From assembly GCA_964106915.2 (NCBI GenBank), contig OZ066914.1: a DNA stretch of 64,000 nucleotides. One strand, given 5' to 3'. Made by a program: the position numbers and the translations under genes. The DNA is from Podarcis gaigeae. Taxonomy: Eukaryota. The notes under the pieces were generated by a model that ran no database searches, was not told the origin of the DNA, and was given only the letters and a program-made list of their open reading frames with translations. Shown here piece by piece: positions 36,901 through 64,000 of this stretch (its first letter is position 1; each line of letters starts with the position of its first letter).

Positions 36901-38786
36901 CATTCAGGTAAACTACATAGACCAGATGACCTTCTGTCAATCAGATTCTGAATTAGTTTTGTGTGCTCATGCACAGCGAGGCTGCAGATAAAAAGGTAAA
37001 AGTTAAAGGACCCCTGGATGGTTAAGTCCAGTCAAAGGCGACTATGGGGTTGCAGCGCTCATCCTGCTTTCAGGCCGAGGGAGCGTTATTCTTGAAAAAC
37101 ACAAGGCCTTAACACAGGCATTTAGCCCATGCTTTCCTGTTCTTATAAATATCCTTTTTGTTTCGTGGGCATAAGAGCAAAAAAAATTCTGACTACATCT
37201 CATGGAAAGCCCAGTTCACAGGTGGAAGTCCTTGCTGGTTAGCTAAATCCCATTCATTAGAACAATCTAGATACAGATAAGCAATAAGAGTCTCATAGAT
37301 TATGGAGGACTCTGAACAATCTAAGAATGAATAAGCAGAAACAGCTGACTTTGCTAGGAGTGTTATTCATCTCCAATACAACATAACAAAAGAAACCCGA
37401 TTCTTGCTCGAGTAATACAAAATTCCTGTCTCTAATAACTTTAAAGCAAAAGAGAATTATGATAACATTCAATCTATTACGGAGCTACGATGGAAACTAT
37501 GTTCACCAAGATCTATCCTTCCAGCCCAGAAATGGCATCCTTGCATTCTTATAAAATAACTGTAATAAACGAAAATCTGTCCTCATTCCCTTATGTGGGA
37601 CACAAGAGCCCTTATAGAGTCCTTTGTATGTTCTCCATCGGTCGGAGGAAAAAAGAGGCCAACCAGAGAATATTGAGAAGCAAAGCAGCTTGCAAGCCTG
37701 ATCTTTATTGAACTGTTGCAACAGGGTGCCCCCTTCACACACAGGAGGAGGAGGACCCAGAACCAAGGTGTGTCCGCCCTTATATAGACATTTTAAATTG
37801 CCCACCTTGGAGTCAAAGACCACCCACAGAAACATCATACCTACATCACAGAGGGGGTGTAGCTCAAGACCACCACCCCAGATACATCATACTTACATCA
37901 CAGAAAGGGCGGGCTAAAGCAGAAATCTGAGTGGGTTGTTTACCTCCTGTCTGGCAAGTTATCTGTTAATGTTTACAGGATTGATACCCTGGGGAGCCTG
38001 GCCAGTCTTTTGTAATGATAAATACTTAGTTCCTGAACCAGATCATAGGCTCACCCTATTCATACACAGATATACCCTTAAGACAGGATTTGTGAAGGAA
38101 AAGACAATGGGGAGGCTTCTCCATTTGACCTTGCAGAGAAAACACCTGGTCAGCCTGGGAGTCAAAATGGCTCCATGGCTGCTCTCCTGTGCAGCTTCAG
38201 ACATGTGGCCTATATATCTATGTACGTGTTTGCTTGGTACATTTATGAACCTTTATTATATACATAAGACCTTAATGTATTTATTTCGTAAATTTCATAA
38301 CGATTACTTATAAAAATAGCAAGATTATTTTCACCATTTAGAAACCACGATACTAAAAGTCAAGTTTTAAAAGTAATTTTGACTTATGTCTCAAAGTTAC
38401 ACATTGCCCTGTGTTTTGAGGCATGTCACTTTAGCACACAAATAGTCACTGACCTTCCTTTTTCTCACAAGTTCTCCTTGTAGACGGTTGATGTGAGCAA
38501 CAGAGCCTCCTTGGATCACAGCACTGGTTGGGCGAATCCGACAAACAGGCCTCGCCCCACGACACAGATTGGCGTGATGATCCCCAAAAGAAATGGTAGA
38601 AAGGGGAGATTTTCCAGTAAGCCCATCAAGACTCGGCTTGCCATTAGTAAAGGATGTTGTGGCACCAGCACCGCTGCCATCAATAGTGGAAATGCCTTTG
38701 CCGCCTGCCGCGTTTTCCAGCAGAGATGGTTTCGTCGACAGATTGGCCCTGTGCGGGTCTCTCTGGGACAATGTCTTTTGTGGCAT
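15999..38786 (-). CDS. Uncharacterised coiled-coil protein, 8 coding exons, predicted 466 aa
   Basis: Exons in transcript order: 38786-38454 (phase 0), 36530-36390 (0), 33902-33702 (0), 33231-33044 (2), 31667-31454 (0), 30516-30418 (0), 26967-26900 (2), 16155-15999 (TGA). All GT-AG, most with clear polypyrimidine tracts. Total 1401 nt = 467 codons with no internal stop. The E/K/Q/L-rich heptad-like core runs from the end of exon 1 to exon 5. The true start and the last two exons are less certain than the core. Confidence 0.8.
16294..16541. mobile_element. hAT-like MITE
   Basis: Terminal inverted repeats TAGGGTTGCC...GGCAACCCTG with imperfect subterminal symmetry; TSD not clean. Confidence 0.6.
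16831..17296. mobile_element. Old hAT-like non-autonomous element
   Basis: TAGGGGTTCCCAAC...GTTTGGCAACCCC imperfect terminal inverted repeats. Confidence 0.4.
18690..19330 (-). mobile_element. Degraded CR1 LINE 3' fragment
   Basis: Minus translation QKRATKIIRNLE is a hallmark of the CR1 ORF2 C-terminus; CR1-like 3' end near 18690-18800. Confidence 0.7.
19515..20279 (-). repeat. 3' LTR (765 bp)
   Basis: About 5 substitutions and one 5-bp indel versus the 5' LTR by eye; AATAAA at 19588-19583; preceded on the - strand by the polypurine tract GAGGGGGGATGGA. Confidence 0.95.
20119..23400 (-). CDS. pol: Pol remainder: RT, RNase H, integrase (HHCC, DDE, GPY/F), degenerate chromodomain and acidic tail
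   Basis: KLDLRGAYNLIR, MPFGLQN, FLDDILIFS; ETDASD/ELLAI/TDHKNL/ADALSR; HDAPSAGH...CDTC; LDFVT, SDRG, GQAERVN; GPYQV; EILDSRW...EYLL...RWV at about 20910-20749. The ORF reads 160 nt into the 3' LTR. Confidence 0.95.
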   Translation of the reverse strand, partial: KRLVVDFRVLNSKTKPSAFPMPKIDDLLATVRKGRIFTKLDLRGAYNLIRVREGDEWKTAMFTPLGTYEYRVMPFGLQNGSHCFQAFMHHVLAGLLYKKCVCFLDDILIFSESPEAHERDVREVLQRLREHRLYAKLEKCQFDKTEVDFLGYKLSDKGLAMDSTKVRAVLDWKSPRNRKEVQRFVGFANFYRKFIKGFAMQTAAITDTLSSKKKKLIWTEQAEQSFQKLKHLFVSEEHLLHVNPSRPMRVETDASDRAVGAVLLQQDHQGDWRPCAFYSRKLSKSEQNYTIWDRELLAIHAAFKAWWHFLVGAKHTVQVRTDHKNLEYWRTARFLNQRHIRWAELFADFDFRIEYIPGNNNIMADALSRKPQYLEEEAPAAAKHIFAPKAWACASATVDLDVVRRALQTDLFARSKMEEVRSGTARDDDFQIRDGLLIRKGALYVPGDNLRARVLQQLHDAPSAGHFGKEKTVDLVARDLWWPKMRGDVAEYVNRCDTCQRAKPVHQPPAGLLEPLQAPFEPWERVALDFVTDLPSSRGKTAVLVVVDLFTKMTHFIPCAKVATAEQTAKLFIEHVFKVHGLPRSILSDRGRQFISNFWQKLMGFLNVKVSLASARHPQTNGQAERVNAIMQQYLRCYANQQPSTWVDYLPLAEFAYNNTKHGSTGVTPFFANNGRHPRTFPGLEKVREGEPQGAEAVAAELQEIHEQLRRQLEMAKQAYKVQADRHRRVGEDIRVGDWVWLAAQAVPARSLAKKKLGHKQLGPYQVEAQINPVAFRLTLPEGSRMHPVFHRSVLTPYKGPHRFQAPGTAPDPLREAPRKGGSPRAGTLNEATEILDSRWGEDGIEYLLATEDTPASANRWVRDYALEEQLLKEEFHTLFPHKPMPAGFFDDCLFTPTLSASTFRGFSSAEDSAPGGSSPEGSLSGFGTGGSYWWEDQPEVGWRRDMSEGPWEVASPQATGGEGVLSDLGAASDFEHTAQEMEAEGIAVDEPMEDFPDLSRWLHASGDELYPELTPTTLEHPEPAPEEGEGGRGGFEGGWMSGVQKERHRRGSKWRVRRRSTRGAQAVTVARVIPQASLANRRTHRRERRWPE
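23324..24214 (-). CDS. pol: Pol N-terminal part: aspartic protease and start of RT, in the -1 frame relative to gag
   Basis: IDSGSNADFI active site, IVLGMSWL, LPPHRPYDCKIDL, SPVFFVKK. The frame is open from the GGAAAAC site at 24214-24208 and is broken by a frameshift near 23400. Confidence 0.9.
   Translation of the reverse strand, partial: GKLHCLAGNGVTGGQPDKSVKQSPVMLQPTDPLLPTPVVQLTASLHLPNGLTVEIPITIDSGSNADFIGMEFIQQHGIALLPATVPLNVVTVDGRELLGGQVLQQTPPMVMRIGNHREVISFNVTRLSDTPIVLGMSWLDRHSPALAWYQRQLTFGSSYCAEHCILADLEDEGHEDGPQLNLGMLQAVPNKYKEFLEVFCEKEADKLPPHRPYDCKIDLLPGATLPTGKLYSMSEDELQELREFIDHNLKRRFIRESKAVGGSPVFFVKKREEAGRGLPRLKFENQALSLPYAQDR
24154..25230 (-). CDS. gag: Retrotransposon Gag (358 aa; coiled-coil N-terminus, capsid region, CCHC zinc knuckle)
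   Basis: FDGN...KVGFIVSHLRGEAKSW; LRQGRATVRQY; EEPMEIG; CYICDSAQHMAKEC. PEG10/sushi-like layout. Confidence 0.93.
   Translation of the reverse strand: MTTEEKVASLQNAVTQLNAEILASRKKEQEAAATCQDLRTRLEVLTAQGLPAARPEGIGLGNRGGSLVSHFDGNLQQYPNFRADVVYALQLLENDFRREEEKVGFIVSHLRGEAKSWLRNLWRDKDPALQNAVAFLKVMDACFLSEIDVDIARREIHGLRQGRATVRQYHSRLFALVNVLSWERESSAVRDLFWEGLNGAVKDEIARGERPQTTKDVVERALTIGVRLEGRPWDKEEGHWGRTTARGPPPFPKEVARARSMPPLGGGEEPMEIGGAKAQSTAGALTPGAVKMKPPRGTRKCYICDSAQHMAKECPQRFHKHTAAAATVTEAVQQSESQQENSTVWLEMESLGASQTSQ
25336..26095 (-). repeat. 5' LTR (760 bp)
   Basis: TG...CA ends; minus-strand AATAAA at 25409-25404; TATA-like TTAAA at 25512-25508. Confidence 0.95.
25471..26055 (-). CDS. Hypothetical LTR U3-encoded ORF (194 aa; acidic Ser-rich then Arg-rich); frameshifted copy in the 3' LTR
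   Basis: Continuous ATG-to-TAG ORF across U3 of the 5' LTR. In the 3' LTR it starts at ATG 20284 and is shifted by a 5-bp insertion. The T-poor strand makes a chance ORF possible. Confidence 0.4.
   Translation of the reverse strand: MESEEEEYEGGAGSDSGQSYSTSLSSESEDSQKGAPVARVRGVPGGKPQEEGASGESLSSSWKSGPASPPERSGEGESQESGPVSSPPEGGEESGLATPTSGSGETVRRKVTGWARAPSSNVQERGTAGSPGREPGPKAHRGEGQDSGGSASEESRKEETPEGRRTQRRKEQRRRWSRARILNWCGWSSESEGT
27200..27740 (+). mobile_element. 5'-truncated L1/Tx1-like LINE 3' fragment
   Basis: QIEQFWKEVLKDISQITG...LLTAARMV resembles L1/Tx1 ORF2 C-termini; AT-rich 3' UTR ending in an A-run near 27735. Confidence 0.65.
31964..32321 (-). mobile_element. Sauria-type SINE, full length
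   Basis: (ACCTTT)n tail; TSD TTTAAGAGATC at 31952-31962 / 32322-32332. Confidence 0.92.
33458..33596. mobile_element. Short palindromic MITE (CCAGATGTT...GGACTACAACTC family)
   Basis: CTTTCTCAGCCTTGGGTCCCCAGATG...CATCTGGGGACCCAAGGCTGAGAAAG inverted arms; related copies near 18095-18225, 32655-32780, 40015-40140 and 40930-41065. Confidence 0.7.
35401..35744 (+). mobile_element. Sauria-type SINE
   Basis: Same family as 745-1095; B-box GGTTCGAATCCC; CCCTTTACCTT tail. Confidence 0.9.
36991..37084 (-). mobile_element. Sauria-type SINE 3' fragment
   Basis: AAAAGGTAAA tail followed by GGGGTTGCAGCGCTCATC...GGCCGAGGGAGC. Confidence 0.7.
37629..38302 (-). mobile_element. Probable solo ERV-type LTR (boundaries uncertain)
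   Basis: On the - strand: tandem ~50-bp duplicated motif (37814-37915), TATATAA near 37786-37780, then AATAAA at 37709-37704, in U3-R order. No clean TSD found. Confidence 0.5.
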
Positions 38787-40928
38787 ATTTGAGAAGCGTT
38801 TCCTGGAAATCTGTAGAACTGCTGAGAGTTCCAGTTCTACACTTTCTGGCTAAATAGCTGCTACCTCTAGCTTATCTGGTCAAAAACAGCCCTTCTACCA
38901 ACTACTTGGGAGAGATAATGAAGATTGCAAGGCTAGTGTGAAAAAAAGCCATCAACTAAAGGTATCACCTGGCATCAATTATTAAACTGTTACTGGAGCC
39001 CAGAATGAAAGGAGCAGAAATAGAAGCTTCAGACCAGGGATGCAAACAAGCAAAAGAAGATTTGAACTCAGATGTGCCAGGTAGTGTAAGCTGCAAGAAT
39101 CTGGGCTTTTATTGCTTCAGTTAATTGATTAATTGACTAAAACATCAGTCAATGGCAGGAACCAATTGTTGAAGTCAAAACTGAATTCCCAAGACTAGAA
39201 GTTAAAGCACACATTCTTTTCGGTGGTGATTTTAGATCTGAAGTGTTACTGTAATAAAAAGGGAAATGTTTGACATTCCTTCTAGCTATGAATGACAACT
39301 TTCATGTAATAAACTGCAAGCTCTTTCAGACTCCTTTCAGTACCTCACAAAGGTATCTCTGTATTGATATTTTGGACAGATAATTCTATACACATCTGCT
39401 CAGAAGTCCCATTGACTTCAATTGGATTTACTCCCAGGTAAGTGGTATAGGTCTGTAGTAGCCTAAATTGGTTACAAAGCAGAAAACTAATCAGCTAAAC
39501 ATTCTGTAATTAATGGATAGACCCAATAACCATATTAATATCAACTATTTCTTGGCTTTCCCCCCAGATGCCTATTGTCTTAATGTTTTAGCTTTTCAAA
39601 AATTCCATCTCAATCTTTATGGTTTAAGACTGCCCTCATGATTGCAGTTGAATAGCAAAAGTTTTATGTAATTCACGAATTGTGACAGAGGTGAAAATTA
39701 TGTTGCCTTTTTCCCTACAAAGCACATCATCCTGTATCATTTCCCCATATAGTTTAGTTTGCTACTCTATAAACAAAGATGGGAAGAGACTCTTAATTGA
39801 GTCAATAGTACAGGGCATATGATAGTAATGAAAGCTTGTGGTCAATTTACACATCATGCAGCTCTTGGGAGTCTTATCTTCAGACTGGATGGGAGATTTA
39901 ACTTACTTCACAGGGCGTACTCTGTTCTGATCCAACCCATCATGTTATCAATGTTTCTTAAGGAATCAGAGACCTCAGCCATTGTTTTGTGAAGAACCTA
40001 GCACTAATTTAGAGCAGGGATGGGGAATCTGTGGCCTTCCAGATGTTGTTGGATTCCATCTACCACCATCGTTGGCTCTGCTGGTTGGGGCTGATGTGAG
40101 TTAGAAGTCCATTAACATATGAAGGGCCATATGTTCCATGCTACCATTTTAGTGGGGCACATAATCCTTCTCACATAACTGACTTGGTCAGGGCTGTATG
40201 AGGGCACCCAGCAACCAATATAAAAAGCAGTTGGGTTTATAGACAGGTGTGTACGTTTGCTCCAAGTATTTATAGAATGAGTTTAGCAAGCTGAGCCAAG
40301 CTTGCTAAATTGCCTCTTGTCCATCATCTTATTCCACATTGTTCTCTATTAGATTTAGAAGACCCACTCATGGGGTCCATTTGACAACCTGCGAAAGCAG
40401 CCACAATTAAATGAAACAAGCAACCATTAAACACACACAAAAATAACTACTGGTAATTCTGCCCTGTTTTTGTAAAAAGTAGCCATCTACCATATGTCAC
40501 TGGCATTTTCTCGGCATGGCCCTCAAGCTATCTATAGAAAATTGAAGGACAAGCGACATAAAATCTAGCAATTATTCTATTTGTTTCTAGCATAGCAACT
40601 GTCTCCCCTTTTTTTGGCAGGAAATCAGACGTGCCTACATTTCATATGGAGCTCCAGCACATGAAAAGTCAACAAGATTATAATCAAGGTATTAGGCAAT
40701 CCAACACTTGAAAAACCTTCAAGTTTCTCAAGGAAGGAATGCATACACACAGATAACTCAGAAGCTGTCTACATGAACAAATGGAAAACTATTTTCTCAT
40801 AGAGTATCTTTTGAAAGTTTTCCGTAGCTTATAGTGGCCCTTCCTTTTAGAAACAAAAGCCCTTGAGAAAATTATTACACCCTGGGTGGCATCCCCAAGT
40901 ACACCACTTGTTGGTTTCTTCCATGTAA

Positions 40929-41066
40929 GTCAGGGTGGGAACCTGTGGCCTGCCAGATGTTGGTAGACTCCCAACTCCCATCATTTCTGACACTTGGGAC
41001 ATCCTGGCTGGTGGTGTTGAGAGCTGGAGTCCAGCAACATCTGGAGGGCCACAGGTTCCCTGTCCC
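40929..41066. mobile_element. Short palindromic MITE
   Basis: GGGAACCTGTGGCC...CCAGATGTTG / CAACATCTGG...GGCCACAGGTTCCC inverted arms. Confidence 0.7.
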
Positions 41067-41523
41067 AGATCAAATTCTATAAGGGGGGGGGGAAAATAAA
41101 CTATTAAACTTTATGACAGCGAGAGGTGGTTTAGAAGCAAAATTTTACCATAGCTGGAGCAAAGCCAAAACTCTTCCTGGTCTTTTAGCATGTGCATACA
41201 ATGTGCCCTACCAAAATAATGGCTTCTATCTCTCTGCTCCTCCCTAGTGAAGTTTTGATTGAGATGGTAAACTTGGGGTCACAGAGTTTAATTCTCCTTC
41301 ACATATACACAATCCTCCACACAGAAGACTAGCAAGTTGGGGAAGCTAGGCTAAAAACCTCCTCAATATGTCATGTTTCCCTCAATATGTAAAGGATTAC
41401 TTATTTGGGACTTGGGATGAAGCCATGTAAGCCCTTACCTGCAACAGTCCGGACCAGCCTTTAGCAACCCTTTACATGTTTTGGACTCCAATTAGCTTTT
41501 TCCATCGTGGTACCACCATTCAT

Positions 41524-41886
41524 GGGACGCAGGTGGCGCTGTGGGTTAAAGCCTCAGCGCCTAGGACTTGCCGATCGAAAGGTCAGCGGTTCGAATCCCT
41601 GCGGCGGAGTGCGCTCCCGCTGCTCGGTCCCAGCGCCTGCCAACCTAGCAGTTCGAAAGCACCCCCGGGTGCAAGTAGATAAATAGGGACCACTTACCAG
41701 CGGGAAGGTAAACGGCGTTTCCGTGTGCGGCTCTGGCCCACCAGAGTAGCGATGTCACGCTGGCCACGTGACCCGGAAGTGTCTTCGGACAGCGCTGGCC
41801 CCTGGCCTCTTGAGTGAGATGGGCGCACAACCCCAGAGTCTGTCAAGACTGGCCCGTACGGGCAGGGGTACCTTTACCTTTACCTT
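41524..41886 (+). mobile_element. Sauria-type SINE of a distinct, CpG-rich (young-looking) subfamily
   Basis: GGGACGCAGGTGGCGCTG head; (ACCTTT)3 tail; TSD TACCACCATTCA at 41511-41522 / 41887-41898. Confidence 0.92.
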
Positions 41887-42796
41887 TACCACCATTCAAT
41901 TAAAAAATGCACAAGGGCCTGGGGGTTAAGCCAGGCATTTATAACCTTCCATGCATATCTTAAACCCTAATTTGATAAAGCCTAAACTCTGTAACTCTTT
42001 AACAACGGTACACATTTCCCTCCTGGGTTTTCTCTGCAGGCCAACTCAAGGAACTTCCACCTATTAAGTACTGTAATTAGGGAAATATAGCAAGATAAGC
42101 AAAACAGATATGCAGACCCCTCCCTTAAAGACCAATATAGCAGATAAAGAATGAGTAAGAATGAGCAATATATTTTGGCCCTGTTAACAGACCAAGCTTG
42201 CTACCAGCTCTTTTTACAATGAACCTAGAGACCCCCACAAAGAGTTTGGTAGGATCATGTGATGATGTAGCCCCACCTTGAAATGTCTCCTTCCCTTTGT
42301 TTCTTCAAATTAGATCTATTGAAAGCTACCACATAGACTCACACACAAAGCATGTCCAAACTGGCCATGCCATGGGCAGCTCCCAAATCATTCCAGTTCA
42401 GTGAGGCAGGGAACAAAGTGATGATATCACAATTGTTTTTAACTGAGCATTTATCAGTCTTCTTCTTGCCTGACTCATTTATTCAGATCGCATCCCTGTG
42501 TTTTGCCTTGCTGTCACTGGACTGGAAATTCATTTCATGAATCATAGGAGTTGGACATTTGGAAACAGAATAGATCAGTTTCCCACGCTGTTACTCAGCT
42601 CTGCTAGCAGCTTCTTAGCAGTGAAAGTGACTTGCAATAGGTAGGTGGGGAGATTGCGTGGATAACCACCTAGCTCTTTTAAACAGATAGAATTTCATGG
42701 GTGGGAGGGACCACACACTTTAGGTTCTCACACTGTAAGGCAGTCTGTAAGCCGCCCAGGGTAGTGGGAGAAACCCAGCCAGATGGGTAGGGTGCA

Positions 42797-42803
42797 AATA
42801 ATA

Positions 42804-42849
<46 letters not shown>

Positions 42850-42850
42850 T
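42797..42850 (+). repeat. (AAT)n microsatellite, probably the tail of a short retroposon fragment starting near 42745
   Basis: Perfect AAT run preceded by CTGTAAGCCGCCCAG...GATGGG. Confidence 0.8.
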
Positions 42851-43686
42851 TAGCAGTAGCAGCCGCCGCCAACCTGGTGCCTTCCCCAAGTTTAAAAGGG
42901 CAGGTGGTTGGGGAAGGTTGCTATAAGGAGCAGGCTCTAACATTTCCATTCTAAATTATATTAATTTGCTTTAGAAGAACTTCAGTAGAGACTGTGCAAT
43001 TCCACTAAAAGGGGACATAGTTTTCTTTAGGAAGGTTAAAGTTTTTCTATAAACGGTTTGATAAAAAGTGTTTTTCTTCAGAAACGTTAATACTACTACC
43101 TACATTAGTGAAACACAAATTTATGAAGTGTTACATTGCTTTAGTACTTTAAAAAAGATACACTAAGTGATGTCTATCTTGAAATCAAATGAGTATTATA
43201 GAAGCAATTGTATCCCAGTGACTACTGAGACTGCTACACAGGAATGAGGAAAAACAGTTGCTTTTTTGAACAGGTAGCACTAGAACTTCAACAACAAATG
43301 GATATTCTTTGTTCTAGGGCCCATGAAAAAGATATGCTCAGTATAAAAATTCAATGGTGAAGTGTTGTATTGTTCTCCATCATCTGTACTGACCCAAAAT
43401 TATAGGGCAAAGTGAGAAGGTTCCTAAAAATGACAGATGAAAGATTTCACATGGACACTGTTCCTTCCAAAATTGTCTAGACACCCGATGTGTGAGAACA
43501 GGTAATGAAATGCACCTTAAGGATAGCTTTTCCAAGTCTGTAGAATTCTACAGAGAATTATAAATTAAACCCTGAAGACACATACAGTATGCCAAGTTCA
43601 ACAATTCAAGAGTACTGGAATATGAGCTAACAAAACAATATTAAGAACAGTAGTAAGAGACTCTGAACCAGATGGCAGCAACAGCT

Positions 43687-43692
43687 TTTATT
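43687..43692 (-). terminator. Candidate CTR9 polyadenylation signal (AATAAA on the - strand)
   Basis: TTTATT on the + strand about 750 nt past the CTR9 stop. Confidence 0.5.
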
Positions 43693-44436
43693 AGATGCCA
43701 TAAACAGATCTTTTCACTCCAAGGAGGCCTCTTAATTTATCATTTCTTTAAAAACTGCCAAGTCTCAAATCTGACATTCATCTATGTTTCCATAGCATTA
43801 TTTTTATACATTTTGTTCAATTTTAGGCATTTTGCTACAGCACATATGTACTTTAACAAAACGTAAAACTATACTTTATAAGAGCTACATAACCTGAAGG
43901 ACTACTCTGTAAACCCAAACATTTTTTATATGACTTGAGAAATTCATGGGAGTTCTACCAAAATCCCTTTTCACATATATAATTTTGAAAAAGTACACTT
44001 GATCAGACTAGGCAAGACAGCATGAGCTACAGCCTTTCACTCCGTTAAATTTGCTTAAGCACCATTTGTTCCAGAAGGTCTTAAGCAAACATATCTGGAT
44101 GCAGGATAACTATCCTGGTATTTTGTTTCTTCAGATCTTATGTGCACTCTGATAAAGTAAGCTTCTTAACCCCCAATACAGCACATTGACCTCCAAGTAC
44201 AGAATGCAAATAGATACTGTAGATGAACTCTGGCAAGTGTATAGTTCAGTAGAAAAAATGTTATAGGAAACGTTTCAGCTTTTTTTTTTAATATATACTT
44301 TTCCCTAAAACATAGCTGTCCAGGTTTTTAAATCACAGTTTTCAAATATAAAATATGGATACCCTCCTCTTCCCCCCCACCCTCTCGAACCAAAATATAT
44401 TTACAAAGCAGTTAATAAAACGGTTGCAACTGAAAT

Positions 44437-62439
<18,003 letters not shown>

Positions 62440-63869
62440 TCATTTGCCTTTTAAGAAATGTAGGTTCATAATTTACTGTTTCTAGAGCCCTTAAATCTCT
62501 ACTTGGCACTTTATGATAGCAATAATTTGCAACAGTCCCTGTCCACAGACTTTCTAACTAATAAGTAAAGGTTTGTACTTATCCTGACCTCTCTTCAGGC
62601 ATGATGCCCATCATACAAGGAGAAGAAAGATGGAGACAAGTGTGCTAGCTCCAACTTGTGTGCCCATCTCCAGTGCCCTCCTGTGTTGGAGAGCAAGTGT
62701 CTGCAGAGGGGAGCCTGCTGTACTTATGTCGGCTGCATGATTAGAGTTCTAAATTGCATGGGGAGACCACATAAATACAGAAGGCTTCGTGCTGCAGATG
62801 CCTGCCTTCCAAAGAATGGAGGACGGCAGAGAAAGGCACTGTGACTCAAGAGAGAAGGCAGAGATAGTGTGCTCGTCCTTGCTCTCCCTCACATTTTAAC
62901 TGCATTTGGGAAACTAATGCACAAAATAGTGAGAGAGGAGTCCTCCAGTGGCTTGCTTGCATGCCCCCACTCCTTCACATATTTACCCCTCATGTGTCCA
63001 GATGTACACCCATTCTTGGTTGCATGAATAACTTTTTAATTTTTTTAAGGATTAGAAAATTAGGGGTCTACTACTGGCTTCAAATTACAGCAGCAACACA
63101 AATAACAATAACAAAGAGTAAGAAGAGGATATTATCTCACTCTGTAGGCAAGCCTTTCTAGAGAACACACAACTTTTAACAAGAATTCTTAATTTTTTAA
63201 ATAAACATTACAGATTAATATGACAGCAAAATTCTGAACTCAGCCTTGGAACTGAGCTTCAGGGATTAGAAAGTGTGCCTCAAAATGAGTGAGCTCCACA
63301 AGGCATAAAGTTATTTTACAGCTTGAAATAATATTTGAGCCAAAGAAAAAATCCTAGCTTCCCCAGTCCACCTCCACCCCTTGTCAAATTTGTTTTTGGA
63401 AAACTATAGATCCAGGAACTCTCCCAAGAGAGTTCTGAAAGAAGGTAAGAGGTAAGAATGTAAGAGGCGATAGCTCAGTGGCTGAGCATATGTTCTGTGT
63501 ATGAAAGGTCATAAAAGAATAGGTCTGTCACTGACTACTAGTGATAATCTCTCTATTGGACTTCAAAGCTCAGTGGCAGTATTCCAATGAATACCAGTTG
63601 CTGGTGAGTGGCGTGGGGTGGGGGAGAGATGCTATTACTTTGAAATGCATCTAGGTAAGCTAGAATGAATTTTGGTCTGATCCAACATGGTCATTCTCAT
63701 GTTTTAAAACCCCAGGATATTGATCTTGGCACTCCACTGAAAATATCTTGGGTAGCAAATATTGGAAAGACCACTGACTAGAGAATTACTGTCAATAACA
63801 GACCTCATTGACTCAGATAGATCAATGCAATAATGTAGCTTCTTATGCTTGCACTTGCTTTCTGCTGTA

Positions 63870-64000
63870 CAGTGGTGCCCCGCAAGATGAACGCCTCGCA
63901 AGACGGAAAACCTGCAAGACGAAAGGCTTTTCCGTTTTGGAAGCGCTTCGCAAGAAGAAAGCCCATAGGGAAATCTCCGGGGACCTCTTTTAAATGCTAG
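63870..64000. mobile_element. Start of a Tigger/pogo-like MITE running off the window
   Basis: TA followed by CAGTGGTGCCCCGC with repeated GCAAGACG subterminal motifs. Confidence 0.55.

Noticed and set aside
42255-42330. GTGATGA box C-like motif
   Set aside because: No terminal stem or suitably placed D box, and not in a known host intron.

Overview
Vertebrate genomic DNA, most likely a lizard (probably lacertid, inferred from its Sauria-type SINEs). It holds the 3' part of EIF4G2 on the + strand (about 1.2-10.7 kb, with intronic SNORD97) and the 3' part of CTR9 on the - strand (about 62.4-43.7 kb). Between them on the - strand is a gene I cannot name: 8 coding exons, all GT-AG and phase-consistent, predicting a 466-aa coiled-coil protein (38786 to 15999). 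The last intron of that gene carries a young, full-length, sense-oriented Ty3/Gypsy chromovirus-like LTR retrotransposon (19515-26095). This element has no tRNA-type PBS but shows a Tf1/sushi-style self-priming complement, a slippery site plus pseudoknot for gag-pol -1 frameshifting, an acidic integrase tail with an FxGF motif, and an ORF filling the LTR U3. The window also has a Tc1/mariner-type MITE swollen by a 119-bp double-hairpin tandem array, several SINE, LINE and MITE fragments, and two N runs that fall on EIF4G2 exons. All coordinates were read by hand.
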